From a virus (taxonomy: Duplodnaviria > Caudoviricetes): a stretch of 25,477 nt of DNA. Below are positions 15,854 to 23,784 of the stretch, in pieces. The notes beneath the pieces were generated by a model. The model was not told the origin of the DNA, searched no databases, and saw only the letters and a program-made list of their open reading frames with translations. How positions within the stretch are numbered: position 1 is the stretch's first letter; each line of letters begins with the position of its first letter. The translations under genes and the position numbers were made by a program. The stretch spans positions 1-25,477 of IMG/VR virus record IMGVR_UViG_3300049139_000009; one strand, given 5' to 3'.

Positions 15854-16611
15854 CGTGCTGCCTCCTCAAAGGCTCGCCTGAATGCGTCAGGGTCGAACTG
15901 GAACACCGGCTCGGCCGGAAGCTCCTCGCGCACCGGATCGGCCGGCGGCTGGTTGATGACCGGCTCGGGCGCGGATGCCCTGCCGGAGTAGTTGAAGATC
16001 GACAGGTCCCACGTGTTGGTCTCGGCGGGCTTGCCGCCTAGGACCTCGTCAGCCAGGCCAGCGGCCACGGCCTCGTCAGCCGAGTACCAGGTCTCTGCGA
16101 CCATCCGTGAGCGCCACTCCTCGACGGTGCCGCCCGCACGCTCGGCGTAGATCGAGGCGATGTTGTCGCTGACCTTGTCGAGCAGGTCGGCAGTCGAGCG
16201 CATGTCGGCGGCATTGCCGATCGCGACGCTGTGACCCTCGTGGATCATCATGGTGGCGTTCTTCGCCATCACCACCCGGTCACCAGCCATGGCGATCACG
16301 GACGCGATGCTCGCGGCCAGCGAATCCACCGTGACCGTGACATGTGCGGCGTGACTCTTGAGCGCCTGCATGATCGCGATGCCGTCGAACACATCCCCGC
16401 CGGGGCTGTTGACGTGCAGCTCGATCCGCTCGGCGGTGATGCCCTGCAGCTCGGCCACGAAGTCCTGAGCCGTGACGCCCCAATAGCCGATCTCGTCGTA
16501 CACGTGGATCGTCGCCGCATCGGCGGCTGTGGTCGCGTTCTCGATCCGGTACCAGTCAGTGCGGCCCTGCCGGAGGCTAGCTCGGGGGCGGGCCGTCTTG
16601 AGCCGTTCCAT
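15850..16611 (-). CDS. ClpP-like prohead maturation protease
   Basis: VNSPGGDVFDG, LAASIASVIAMAGD (catalytic Ser), MMIH, ETWYSADEAVAAGLAD. Confidence 0.93.
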   Translation of the reverse strand: MERLKTARPRASLRQGRTDWYRIENATTAADAATIHVYDEIGYWGVTAQDFVAELQGITAERIELHVNSPGGDVFDGIAIMQALKSHAAHVTVTVDSLAASIASVIAMAGDRVVMAKNATMMIHEGHSVAIGNAADMRSTADLLDKVSDNIASIYAERAGGTVEEWRSRMVAETWYSADEAVAAGLADEVLGGKPAETNTWDLSIFNYSGRASAPEPVINQPPADPVREELPAEPVFQFDPDAFRRAFEEAAR

Positions 16612-17800
16612 TGTTCCTCCCCACGAACCTCATCTTTGGTAGCCCCATGGCCTCGGCGGCGTCATCGGGGTGGTAACCGGCGTCGACCAGCTCCCGCGTG
16701 GCCTTGGCTCGGGAGTCGCGCTCCTTGTTCTCGGCTTCCGCGTTGCTCGGCACCGGGTTGTCGTAGTCGAACTCGACGCCCTGGCCGGTCGAGCCGAACA
16801 TGGGCAGAAAGCTGCTGTTGAGCGCCTGCTTGAACCGCTCAAGGCGGGGCGTGGTCAGCATCTCGGCGAACCATGCGGCCGAGGCGTCGGCGGTTGCCCG
16901 GTTGACGTCGTCGATGTCGCCGAGGGAGAACCCGCTGATCCCGAACGCCTCGCGGATCACGTCGCGGGAGACGCCTCGCAGCTCAACGAACTGCATATCT
17001 CTCTGCGAGAACTTGCGATCCACCCACTTGCCGGTCTCCAGGATGGCCACCCGGTGGGCGTTCGCCACGCCCTTGTGCTGCTCGTTCCAGCGGGAGCGGA
17101 GCTCGTTGAACTCGTCGTCGCCCATCCGCCGGTCAACCTCGATGATCCCGCCCGGTTCGGCCGAGTTCATGAAGAAATTCCGGTTCCACTCGGCGCTGTA
17201 CCTGGTCGAGTCCAGATCCGTCAGGATGCTCTGGACAGGCCCCATGCCCCTATACGGGTCGAGCGGGTTGGGCATCCGCAGTTGGATGACCTCGTCCTTT
17301 TCGAGCGGCACCTGTTCGCCATCAGGGCCCGTGTAGACGTAGCCCGACAGATAGTCAGTGGGGTGTGGTACCGGTGCGATCCTGTCCGGGCGGACGGGCC
17401 ACAGTTCCAGCGGGATGGACCGCATAGCCGGGTTACGGGCGACGACGAGCCAACCTTCGCCGGTCAAGTCGACGTGCTGTTGCTCCGACTCGACGAGTAG
17501 CTGTCGGGTGAAGAACGGGTTCGGCTTGTTCCAGATGTCGAGGGCTAGGTGTTTGGTCACCTCGACGCGGTCTTCCTTCTTCCCGCTTGGGGCCTTACGC
17601 CATAGCCGCCAGTTGACTTGCGCCGTGGCGGTCGAGGTGCGGTTGACGATGGAGAACAGCGTTCCTACGCTGCCCATCGCTCGCATCTGCGCCTCGCGGT
17701 CGTTGCGGTGGAAGAGAGGCAGCCGGGATGCGGCACGTCCGGTGTAGGGGACGGGCGCCCGGTTGAGTAGCCCGGCCACGCCGCCGATGAGGGACCTCAC
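16577..17800 (-). CDS. Portal protein (HK97 family)
   Basis: GTG start in a GTGA overlap; KPNPF, LTGEG, LWPVRPDR, RGMGPV, FFMNSAEPGG motifs. Confidence 0.93.
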   Translation of the reverse strand: MRSLIGGVAGLLNRAPVPYTGRAASRLPLFHRNDREAQMRAMGSVGTLFSIVNRTSTATAQVNWRLWRKAPSGKKEDRVEVTKHLALDIWNKPNPFFTRQLLVESEQQHVDLTGEGWLVVARNPAMRSIPLELWPVRPDRIAPVPHPTDYLSGYVYTGPDGEQVPLEKDEVIQLRMPNPLDPYRGMGPVQSILTDLDSTRYSAEWNRNFFMNSAEPGGIIEVDRRMGDDEFNELRSRWNEQHKGVANAHRVAILETGKWVDRKFSQRDMQFVELRGVSRDVIREAFGISGFSLGDIDDVNRATADASAAWFAEMLTTPRLERFKQALNSSFLPMFGSTGQGVEFDYDNPVPSNAEAENKERDSRAKATRELVDAGYHPDDAAEAMGLPKMRFVGRNNGTAQDGPPPS

Positions 17801-17976
17801 GTCTTGCTCCCCCCGGTGATGCGCCACTCAAGGACGAAGGCGGACACCCCGGCGACGGCGAGGCCGGCGGGTAGGGCGATGGCCCATGCCGCAGCGGTGA
17901 GCAGCGCCAGGCCCGCGATGACGAGCAGGACGGGCATAGCCGGGGCGAGGCGTGCGAACACGCTCTTGCGTTCCAC
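17797..17976 (-). CDS. Small two-TM membrane protein between TerL and portal
   Basis: AAGGAGG SD before GTG at 17976; 59 aa, almost wholly hydrophobic. Confidence 0.7.
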   Translation of the reverse strand: MERKSVFARLAPAMPVLLVIAGLALLTAAAWAIALPAGLAVAGVSAFVLEWRITGGSKT

Positions 17977-17987
17977 GTCGGCCTCCT

Positions 17988-19313
17988 TCACATCCAGCGG
18001 ATTCGGGGGCGGGTGCCTAGGTCCCGCTCGGCGACGAGGTAGCGCATGGCGTCACAGCCGTGGTCGTTGTCCTTCACCGGGGTTTCCTTCGGCGGCTTGC
18101 CGGGCGAGGTGTCCCACACGTATCCGGGCAGCTCGTCGGCGGTGCAGGTGGGACGTTTCGCATCGACGAGGGCTTGATCCGTGTGGACGATGGAGTCACG
18201 CAGGATGTACAGCCGCGGCTTCCCGTCCCCGGCGGGCCGTAGCCGCGCCTGCACGGCTTGAATACCTTCGGTGACCTTCTTCTTCGCGGCCACGGTGGAC
18301 ATGCCCAGCTCGCGTTGCAGGACCGCGCGACCTTCTGCATCGTGATCGCACACGATGGCGCGCGGTCGGGGCTCAGTCCACTTACCGTCAGCGTCGGTGA
18401 CTTGGTCGAGGAAGTCTCGGGCGTGCTGGTCCACGGTCTTCTGTGTGGCGTACAGTTCTCTGTACAGGTACAGCCTGCCGTCGTCATCCTCGGCGAACCA
18501 CTGGGTTACCTGTGGGTTGGTGAACCCGAAGTCGACGCTTACCCACCTGGTCCAGTCGTCAGGAATGGGGAACCGGTCGATCAGGTGGACGGCCGGGTCG
18601 TACCCGTCGAAGACGAGGCCCTCGGCGGCCACCCACTTGCCCCATCGCATCCGCTGGTAGCGGGCACCGGTCAGGCTTTCCAGTCTCTCCAGGTAGGCCG
18701 CGCCGTACTCTGTCCACTCCCCGTCCTGGTACATGCGCGGGTTGTCCTCGTGGCGGCTGTACAGGATCGTGCAGCGTCCGCCGTCAGCGCGCAGCTTGAG
18801 GTGATGCGTTGGCGGTCCGGGGTTGGTCGCCATGATGAGCTGCTGATACGACAGGCGTCCGTTCCGCAAGCGGGTGACGATGGTGTCGATGTCCTCTTCG
18901 GTGACCTCGATCGCCTCGTCAATGAAGCAAAGGTCGTACTCGGTCGAGAGCAGCCGGGTTGCCCGGTCGAGCCCGCCCACCGTGATGGTGGACCCGTTGG
19001 CGTACCGGAACGCTGCAGGCTCCTGGGCCGATCCGCCGTAGAAGCGGAGCAGGCCCGCTGAGATCGCCTCGGCCGCGACCTTCTGCCGGAAGGTGACCAG
19101 GGTGGACGCGGTCAGCGAGGCGTGCGTCTTGCGGACGATGAGCGCTCGCACCTTCGGCGTGTTGAGGCATGCGAGGTGAAGTTTCATCAGAGCGCCCACG
19201 CTCTTGCCCGTGCCGGCCGCACCGGACAGCAACACCTCGTTGTCTTTGCGGGTGAGCACGTCGAGGGCAGCGCCTCGCGGCTCGAACCGTACGACGGAGG
19301 GGGTTGCCAGCAT
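17988..19313 (-). CDS. terL: Terminase large subunit (PBSX-like); start may be GTG 19319
   Basis: Walker A GAAGTGKS, Walker B FIDEA, ATNPG coupling motif, nuclease VDFG and NDHGCDAMRY. Confidence 0.95.
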   Translation of the reverse strand: MLATPSVVRFEPRGAALDVLTRKDNEVLLSGAAGTGKSVGALMKLHLACLNTPKVRALIVRKTHASLTASTLVTFRQKVAAEAISAGLLRFYGGSAQEPAAFRYANGSTITVGGLDRATRLLSTEYDLCFIDEAIEVTEEDIDTIVTRLRNGRLSYQQLIMATNPGPPTHHLKLRADGGRCTILYSRHEDNPRMYQDGEWTEYGAAYLERLESLTGARYQRMRWGKWVAAEGLVFDGYDPAVHLIDRFPIPDDWTRWVSVDFGFTNPQVTQWFAEDDDGRLYLYRELYATQKTVDQHARDFLDQVTDADGKWTEPRPRAIVCDHDAEGRAVLQRELGMSTVAAKKKVTEGIQAVQARLRPAGDGKPRLYILRDSIVHTDQALVDAKRPTCTADELPGYVWDTSPGKPPKETPVKDNDHGCDAMRYLVAERDLGTRPRIRWM

Positions 19314-19325
19314 GGTCACCCCCTG

Positions 19326-19787
19326 CTATCTGAGAGCGTCCGGGTCTACGCCGACGACCTCGTACCGGAGGCCGCCTTCGATCTCGACGGCCTGCTTGAC
19401 CGGGGTGTTGAACCCGTACAGGTCTGCTCGCTGCTTCTCGATCGCCAGGACGACCCGGATGGCGTCGAGGACAGGGCCCTGATCCGGGATCGGGACACCG
19501 TCCTGCATGACGACCTTGCCGTGCTGGACGATCACGTGCTCGGCGTCGAGGACTGCGTTAGCCCGGACGAGCAGCGCGTCAAGCCGGTCCGCCTGCTCTG
19601 CCCGATATAGGGACACCTCTTCGGCGGGGATCTCTTCAAGCGCCTGCTTGTACACCTGGTGTGCGCGCTGCCGGGTAACGCCGAGCTGGTCGCCGATCGC
19701 CTGGAACGAGATGCCGGTACGCCGGAGCTTGAGGACCTGCGCCTTCTGCCGGGCGGAGTCTTCCTTCTGCGCAGGGGACTGGGGCAT
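19326..19787 (-). CDS. terS: Terminase small subunit (N-terminal HTH)
   Basis: LRRTGISFQAIGDQLGVTRQRAH HTH; AAGGAG SD; directly upstream of TerL. Confidence 0.8.
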   Translation of the reverse strand: MPQSPAQKEDSARQKAQVLKLRRTGISFQAIGDQLGVTRQRAHQVYKQALEEIPAEEVSLYRAEQADRLDALLVRANAVLDAEHVIVQHGKVVMQDGVPIPDQGPVLDAIRVVLAIEKQRADLYGFNTPVKQAVEIEGGLRYEVVGVDPDALR

Positions 19788-19827
19788 GTCAACCGCTCCT
19801 TTGGTGTCAAGGGGATCGACGTTCTCG

Positions 19828-19868
19828 GGACATGCGAAAGGGCCCGGTCCGTGTTGACCGAGCCCTTC
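19828..19868 (-). terminator. Hairpin plus short U-tract; 41-nt element copy A, in the late-operon leader
   Basis: - strand GAAGGGCTCGGTC-AACACG-GACCGGGCCCTTTCGCATGTCC. Confidence 0.6.
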
Positions 19869-19899
19869 AGCGCCATGTGCCCCGTGGCTATCAGATCAG

Positions 19900-19928
19900 A
19901 GCATGTCAGTAAGTGGTTACTTGCGCAA
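19900..19928 (-). promoter_or_regulatory. Candidate late promoter: TTGCGC-N17-CATGCT
   Basis: AT-richer intergenic patch, 17-nt spacing; the -35 lies in the palindrome TTGCGCAA; the -10 is non-consensus. Confidence 0.35.
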
Positions 19929-20705
19929 CTAGCTGGCCTGCTCGACGGGGATCATCAGCGCTGCGATGTCGCCGAGCCGGTAGACGTTCCTCCCCTTCTC
20001 GTCCACGCCGGACGGTTGGAGCTTGCCCCGTGCCGCCCACGTGCGGATGAGTTCGGCCGTGATCGGGTAGACGAGGATGCTCAACGCGTAGGCCGCTTCT
20101 GGGGGGCGCATGCTCATCACTTCCATGGCGGCGAGCATGCCGTCCCGCTGCTCTGTGACGCTGTAGGCGGGGCGTTGCCCGTCCTCGTCCACGCAGACAC
20201 GGCAAACGGCCTGTGGGGCGTCCTCGCGGGCGTACAGCGGGTTACCGCATCCGCAGTACCCGGCGAACACCCGGTCGCGGGGACGGTCGATGACGTTCCA
20301 CACGTCTCTGACCGCGTCCCGGATCTCGACGACGGCATCGGCGCCGGCGGGGTGGTGGCGCAGCCACATCACGTGACCAAGCAGCCAGCGGGACATGGGG
20401 GCGAGGCCGTCGAGCGGGTGGGGGATGCCCCGCTGATCGGAGACGAGGTCACACCAGGTGGCGAGTACGGTCTTGAGTCGGCGGCCGAGGGCATCGGCGT
20501 CGAGGTTGACGGGCATCGGCTTCTCGTCGGATCGGCCACCGCCCGCATTGCCCGCGCCCATCTTGGCCTGCCGGTAGGCGGTCGTGTCGAGTTCGGCGTC
20601 CAGGCCGGGGATGTCTTCGAGGCTGCGGCGTAGGCCCTCGCCGCATCGGGTGCACACGTTGGCGTAGTCGCCGGTCTGGGCACCGCACAGTTCGCAGATG
20701 GTCAT
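19929..20705 (-). CDS. Zn-binding plus C-terminal MerR/Xis-like HTH protein; candidate late-gene regulator
   Basis: CELC...CTRC, CGCG...CRVC and TAELIRTWAARGKL...YRLGDI; last gene before terS. Confidence 0.7.
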   Translation of the reverse strand: MTICELCGAQTGDYANVCTRCGEGLRRSLEDIPGLDAELDTTAYRQAKMGAGNAGGGRSDEKPMPVNLDADALGRRLKTVLATWCDLVSDQRGIPHPLDGLAPMSRWLLGHVMWLRHHPAGADAVVEIRDAVRDVWNVIDRPRDRVFAGYCGCGNPLYAREDAPQAVCRVCVDEDGQRPAYSVTEQRDGMLAAMEVMSMRPPEAAYALSILVYPITAELIRTWAARGKLQPSGVDEKGRNVYRLGDIAALMIPVEQAS

Positions 20706-20755
20706 GGGTTCCCCCAAGGGTTGCGCTAAGGGTTGGGCGGGGGGTACTCGCTAGT

Positions 20756-20785
20756 GAGGGGTACGGCGCTTGAGCCGTACCCCTC
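20756..20785. terminator. Perfect 12-bp intergenic hairpin
   Basis: gaggggtacggc-gcttga-gccgtacccctc, 6 nt past the DUF4326-fusion stop. Confidence 0.55.
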
Positions 20786-20791
20786 GGGTGG

Positions 20792-21973
20792 TCAGGCGTC
20801 GGGGGTCACGGCCGGGCCACGGAACGCCATCTTCAGCGCCTCTTCCTCGCTGACGCGCGGGCCGAGGATGTTTTGAGCCGCGTCGGAGGAGCGCACCACT
20901 TCGTACGTCTCGCACATGTCCGTGATCGGGATCAGTTCGTCCTCGGCGTCCTCCCACATCGGGCGGACGATCGGGACGTTGTCCTCGTTGAACGAGTGGA
21001 TCGGGTGAGCCACCGTGAGCGCCTGCCCGTCCACGGTCGTCATGTGGGCGATCGCAGTGAAGCCGGACCCGTCACCGCCCATGAGCATCTGGCCGAGCCC
21101 CGACTTGGCCATCGCGTGCGACATCATCTCTTTCGTCTGCTCGTAGAACTCGTGCCGCCACGGGGACAGGAACGTCATCGCCCGCATGGCGGCGGAGTGA
21201 CCGAACAGGTACCGGGTGATCGGCCGGCCGTCGTACTCGTAGCTGATCGAGTAGATGTCGCTGCGCTCGTCCTCTTCCTCTTCCATCCAGAACAGGATCA
21301 GGTCCTCGCAGGAGATGCCGGACACGGCGGAGAAGTCCTCCATCCACATCAGGGTCTTCAGCCCGTCCTCGTCGGCCTCGTCGTCGAAGGCGAGCGGCAC
21401 GCTGCCGTAGCCGAACCAATTGAGCGTCTGGCCGTGGCCGGGGACGAGGCGGTGTTCGTGGCAGAACGCGGCGACCGCGCGGGAGTAGGCGAGAGTGTGG
21501 GGCAGCATCGGCTGCAGGCGGTTCCTCGCCTCGATGAACTCGCTGAATCCCTGGCCCCACGTGTTTTCGTCGCGGAAGCAGTGCGAGAGCTGGTCGAGCT
21601 CGACCACGGTCATTGTGTCGCCGGAGGCGGGGGCGTCACCCCACGGGATGTTGGCGACCGAGATCAGCAGATCGGCGTGACACCCCTGGTCGAGGTCGCA
21701 GCCGCACACGAGGTCGTAACCGCGAAGCTCGTCCATCGCGTCCCTGATCGTGATGCGAGGCAGGTCCGGGCGGGCCTGGACACCCTCGTCGCTGAACAGG
21801 TCGCGCCGATAGGCGGCAAGGGACTCTTGCAGGGTGTACGTGCCGCCGTCCTTGATGGTCTTGTACGGGTTACCCCACCGGCTCGCGCGGGTGACGACCT
21901 TGCTGTTGGCGGGCTTGCGCCACCCCTTGCGCTGGTTGCGGGGCGGCATCTGGTGGCGGATGGGCTGGGTCAT
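20792..21973 (-). CDS. DUF4326-domain protein fused to an acidic C-terminal region
   Basis: VTRASRWGNPY...LRGYDLVCGC...CHADLL is the DUF4326 signature; GGAG SD before ATG 21973. Confidence 0.8.
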   Translation of the reverse strand: MTQPIRHQMPPRNQRKGWRKPANSKVVTRASRWGNPYKTIKDGGTYTLQESLAAYRRDLFSDEGVQARPDLPRITIRDAMDELRGYDLVCGCDLDQGCHADLLISVANIPWGDAPASGDTMTVVELDQLSHCFRDENTWGQGFSEFIEARNRLQPMLPHTLAYSRAVAAFCHEHRLVPGHGQTLNWFGYGSVPLAFDDEADEDGLKTLMWMEDFSAVSGISCEDLILFWMEEEEDERSDIYSISYEYDGRPITRYLFGHSAAMRAMTFLSPWRHEFYEQTKEMMSHAMAKSGLGQMLMGGDGSGFTAIAHMTTVDGQALTVAHPIHSFNEDNVPIVRPMWEDAEDELIPITDMCETYEVVRSSDAAQNILGPRVSEEEALKMAFRGPAVTPDA

Positions 21974-21988
21974 GAGATGCTCCAAGCT

Positions 21989-22015
21989 GGCCGGGCACCT
22001 AGGGAGTGCCCGGCC
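21989..22015. other. Perfect 10-bp intergenic hairpin
   Basis: ggccgggcac-ctaggga-gtgcccggcc. Confidence 0.55.
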
Positions 22016-22022
22016 GTGGTCG

Positions 22023-22436
22023 TTACGGGGTGGACAGGTGGCCGGTCAGGTCACAGGACTGGACGTGGTCTTCGCCGCGGCGGGTCATCTCTGCCTGGTA
22101 GCCCTCGACGGGCTGGCCGTGGAAGGCGAGCGCCTTGGGGTCGAGCAGGGCGAGGGCCTGGCAGGACAGGTCCGATGCGTCCACGACGAGCCGCTTTGCT
22201 TCGGCCGTGATCTCGGCCATGCGGTCGGCCCGGTAGAGCGTGGCGGCACAGCCTTCGCAGGTGAGGTCACCGCAGAGAACGGGCTCGCCGTTGCGGTAGG
22301 CGTTGCGGGTGACCGGGCAGATCAGGTCGAAGTCGATGCGCATGGGGTCGTCCGGCTTCGCGTGACGCCAGCGGCGCCAGTCGGCACGAAGGTGGCGGAC
22401 CTGCCGGCGAATCGCCTTGTGGCTGGTGCTGGTCAT
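22023..22436 (-). CDS. Hypothetical phage protein with Cys cluster
   Basis: 137 aa; GAGAGGA SD; ICP...LCGDLTCEGC. Confidence 0.7.
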   Translation of the reverse strand: MTSTSHKAIRRQVRHLRADWRRWRHAKPDDPMRIDFDLICPVTRNAYRNGEPVLCGDLTCEGCAATLYRADRMAEITAEAKRLVVDASDLSCQALALLDPKALAFHGQPVEGYQAEMTRRGEDHVQSCDLTGHLSTP

Positions 22437-22471
22437 GGTGTCCTCTCGGGTGTTGTGCTTGGGTGGGGGGT

Positions 22472-22498
22472 GCCGCCCCTGTTAGGACCAGGGGCGGC
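22472..22498. other. Perfect 10-bp intergenic hairpin
   Basis: gccgcccctg-ttaggac-caggggcggc. Confidence 0.55.
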
Positions 22499-22506
22499 CA
22501 GCTCGT

Positions 22507-22800
22507 TCACGGGGTGTGGGTCTCGCAGCGCGGGCCGATACAGCCGTGGGTTGTCACCCGGTCGGTGCTCGCGCAGTGCTTCTGCCGCTTGGCGGACCAG
22601 TAGCCGCACTGCTTGAGGGCGACGACGAGGCGGGGGTCCTCGCTGCGGTAGTCGGACTCGTTGCGGGCGAACCGGGTCATCTCGGCCGGGCGGTGCCCGA
22701 TCCCGCCGTTCATCCAGCAGCGGGTGCAGGAGTGCGGGCGGGGGCGGCCGGGCAGCTCGGCGGGCTTGTAACCGAAGTTCGGGATCTGGTTGGCGCTCAT
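22507..22800 (-). CDS. Small Cys/His-rich (Zn-finger-like) protein
   Basis: 97 aa; GAGGAG SD; HSCTRC...H and C...C...CETH. Confidence 0.65.
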   Translation of the reverse strand: MSANQIPNFGYKPAELPGRPRPHSCTRCWMNGGIGHRPAEMTRFARNESDYRSEDPRLVVALKQCGYWSAKRQKHCASTDRVTTHGCIGPRCETHTP

Positions 22801-22802
22801 GA

Positions 22803-23051
22803 TTAGTTCTCCTCGCTGCGGCTGTTGAGGTTGCGAAGCTGTGCGGTGGTGGCCTGGAAACTGGCGGTGCGGCGCTTGATGTCGTCGAGCTGCTCGGCGC
22901 GCAACTCCCGATTGGCTTCGATCGCAGCCAGGTAGTCGGCCCGGTAGCGGTCGCGGGATTCACGGAGCAGACGCCGGTCGGTGTTGGCCAGGGCGAGAAG
23001 CAGGACGGTGGCGAGCAGGGCCACGTAGGCGATGACGAACGCGATGGTCAT
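22803..23051 (-). CDS. Small membrane-anchored coiled-coil protein
   Basis: 82 aa; N-terminal TM helix then a charged helix; AAAGGGA SD. Confidence 0.7.
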   Translation of the reverse strand: MTIAFVIAYVALLATVLLLALANTDRRLLRESRDRYRADYLAAIEANRELRAEQLDDIKRRTASFQATTAQLRNLNSRSEEN

Positions 23052-23066
23052 GATTGATCCCTTTGG

Positions 23067-23609
23067 TTAGGCCGCGATCAGGGCGGCGGTGGGGCTGGTG
23101 AAGCGGGTGCGAGGGTCGCCCGTGTAGCCGGGCAAGTTCTGGACGCGCCACATGTGGGCGACTTCGGCGGCCTGCTCAGGGGTGTCGTAGGTGCCCAGGT
23201 GGGTGACGATGCCCTGCGCTTTGCCGTAGGCGGTGAACCGCTTGCCGCTCCTGGCCACGCCCCGGTAGCCGGACTTCGCGGTGCACGCCCGGTTGGCGGC
23301 GTTCTCCTGCGCGGTGGCCCAACGCAGGTTCGCCATGCGGCAGTCGAGCCGATCGCCGTTGACGTGGTCGATGTACCGGCCGTCCCGGACTTCGGCGCCC
23401 ATGATCCAGCGGTGCAGCAGAACCATGGTTCCCCGGTCCCACAAGGCGGCGTAGCCGTGGGAGCCACGGCTGAGCTTGCGGCCGGCGAGGCGGTCGGCAG
23501 CCTCCTCGTCCACCCACACCGGGATGAATCCGTCCGGGGTGGACACGGGGAGCTGCGTGGCGCTGGGGTCATCGAAGCTAAGGGCGGGCTGGAACAGGTT
23601 GGTGATCAT
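23067..23609 (-). CDS. HNH endonuclease with AP2 DNA-binding domain (homing-type)
   Basis: LHRWIMG...IDHVNGDRLDCRMANLRWAT..EN..N followed by SGYRGV...HLGTYDTPEQAA. Confidence 0.9.
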   Translation of the reverse strand: MITNLFQPALSFDDPSATQLPVSTPDGFIPVWVDEEAADRLAGRKLSRGSHGYAALWDRGTMVLLHRWIMGAEVRDGRYIDHVNGDRLDCRMANLRWATAQENAANRACTAKSGYRGVARSGKRFTAYGKAQGIVTHLGTYDTPEQAAEVAHMWRVQNLPGYTGDPRTRFTSPTAALIAA

Positions 23610-23690
23610 GTCTCACTCCGTTGTCCGTGGGGGCTGATGGCTAGCCAGGTCCCGCCCGGATACAGGCGGGTGTGGATCTTCACGGGGGTC

Positions 23691-23778
23691 GGAGTGAAGG
23701 GTTATGTAGGGTTTTCCGAAACTCTCCACATATGTACGGATGGGGGTTATCGGGAAACCCGCCACAACCCTTCACTCC
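23691..23778. repeat. 29-bp imperfect inverted repeat; candidate replication origin
   Basis: GGAGTGAAGGGTTATGTAGGGTTTTCCGA (23691-23719) versus the reverse complement of 23750-23778, GGAGTGAAGGGTTGTGGCGGGTTTCCCGA; central ACATATGT palindrome. Confidence 0.75.
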
Positions 23779-23784
23779 CGCAGG

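Noticed and set aside
22433-22963. - strand 176-aa ORF spanning two small genes
   Set aside because: Low-complexity Pro/Arg frame overlapping two better-supported genes and an intergenic hairpin.
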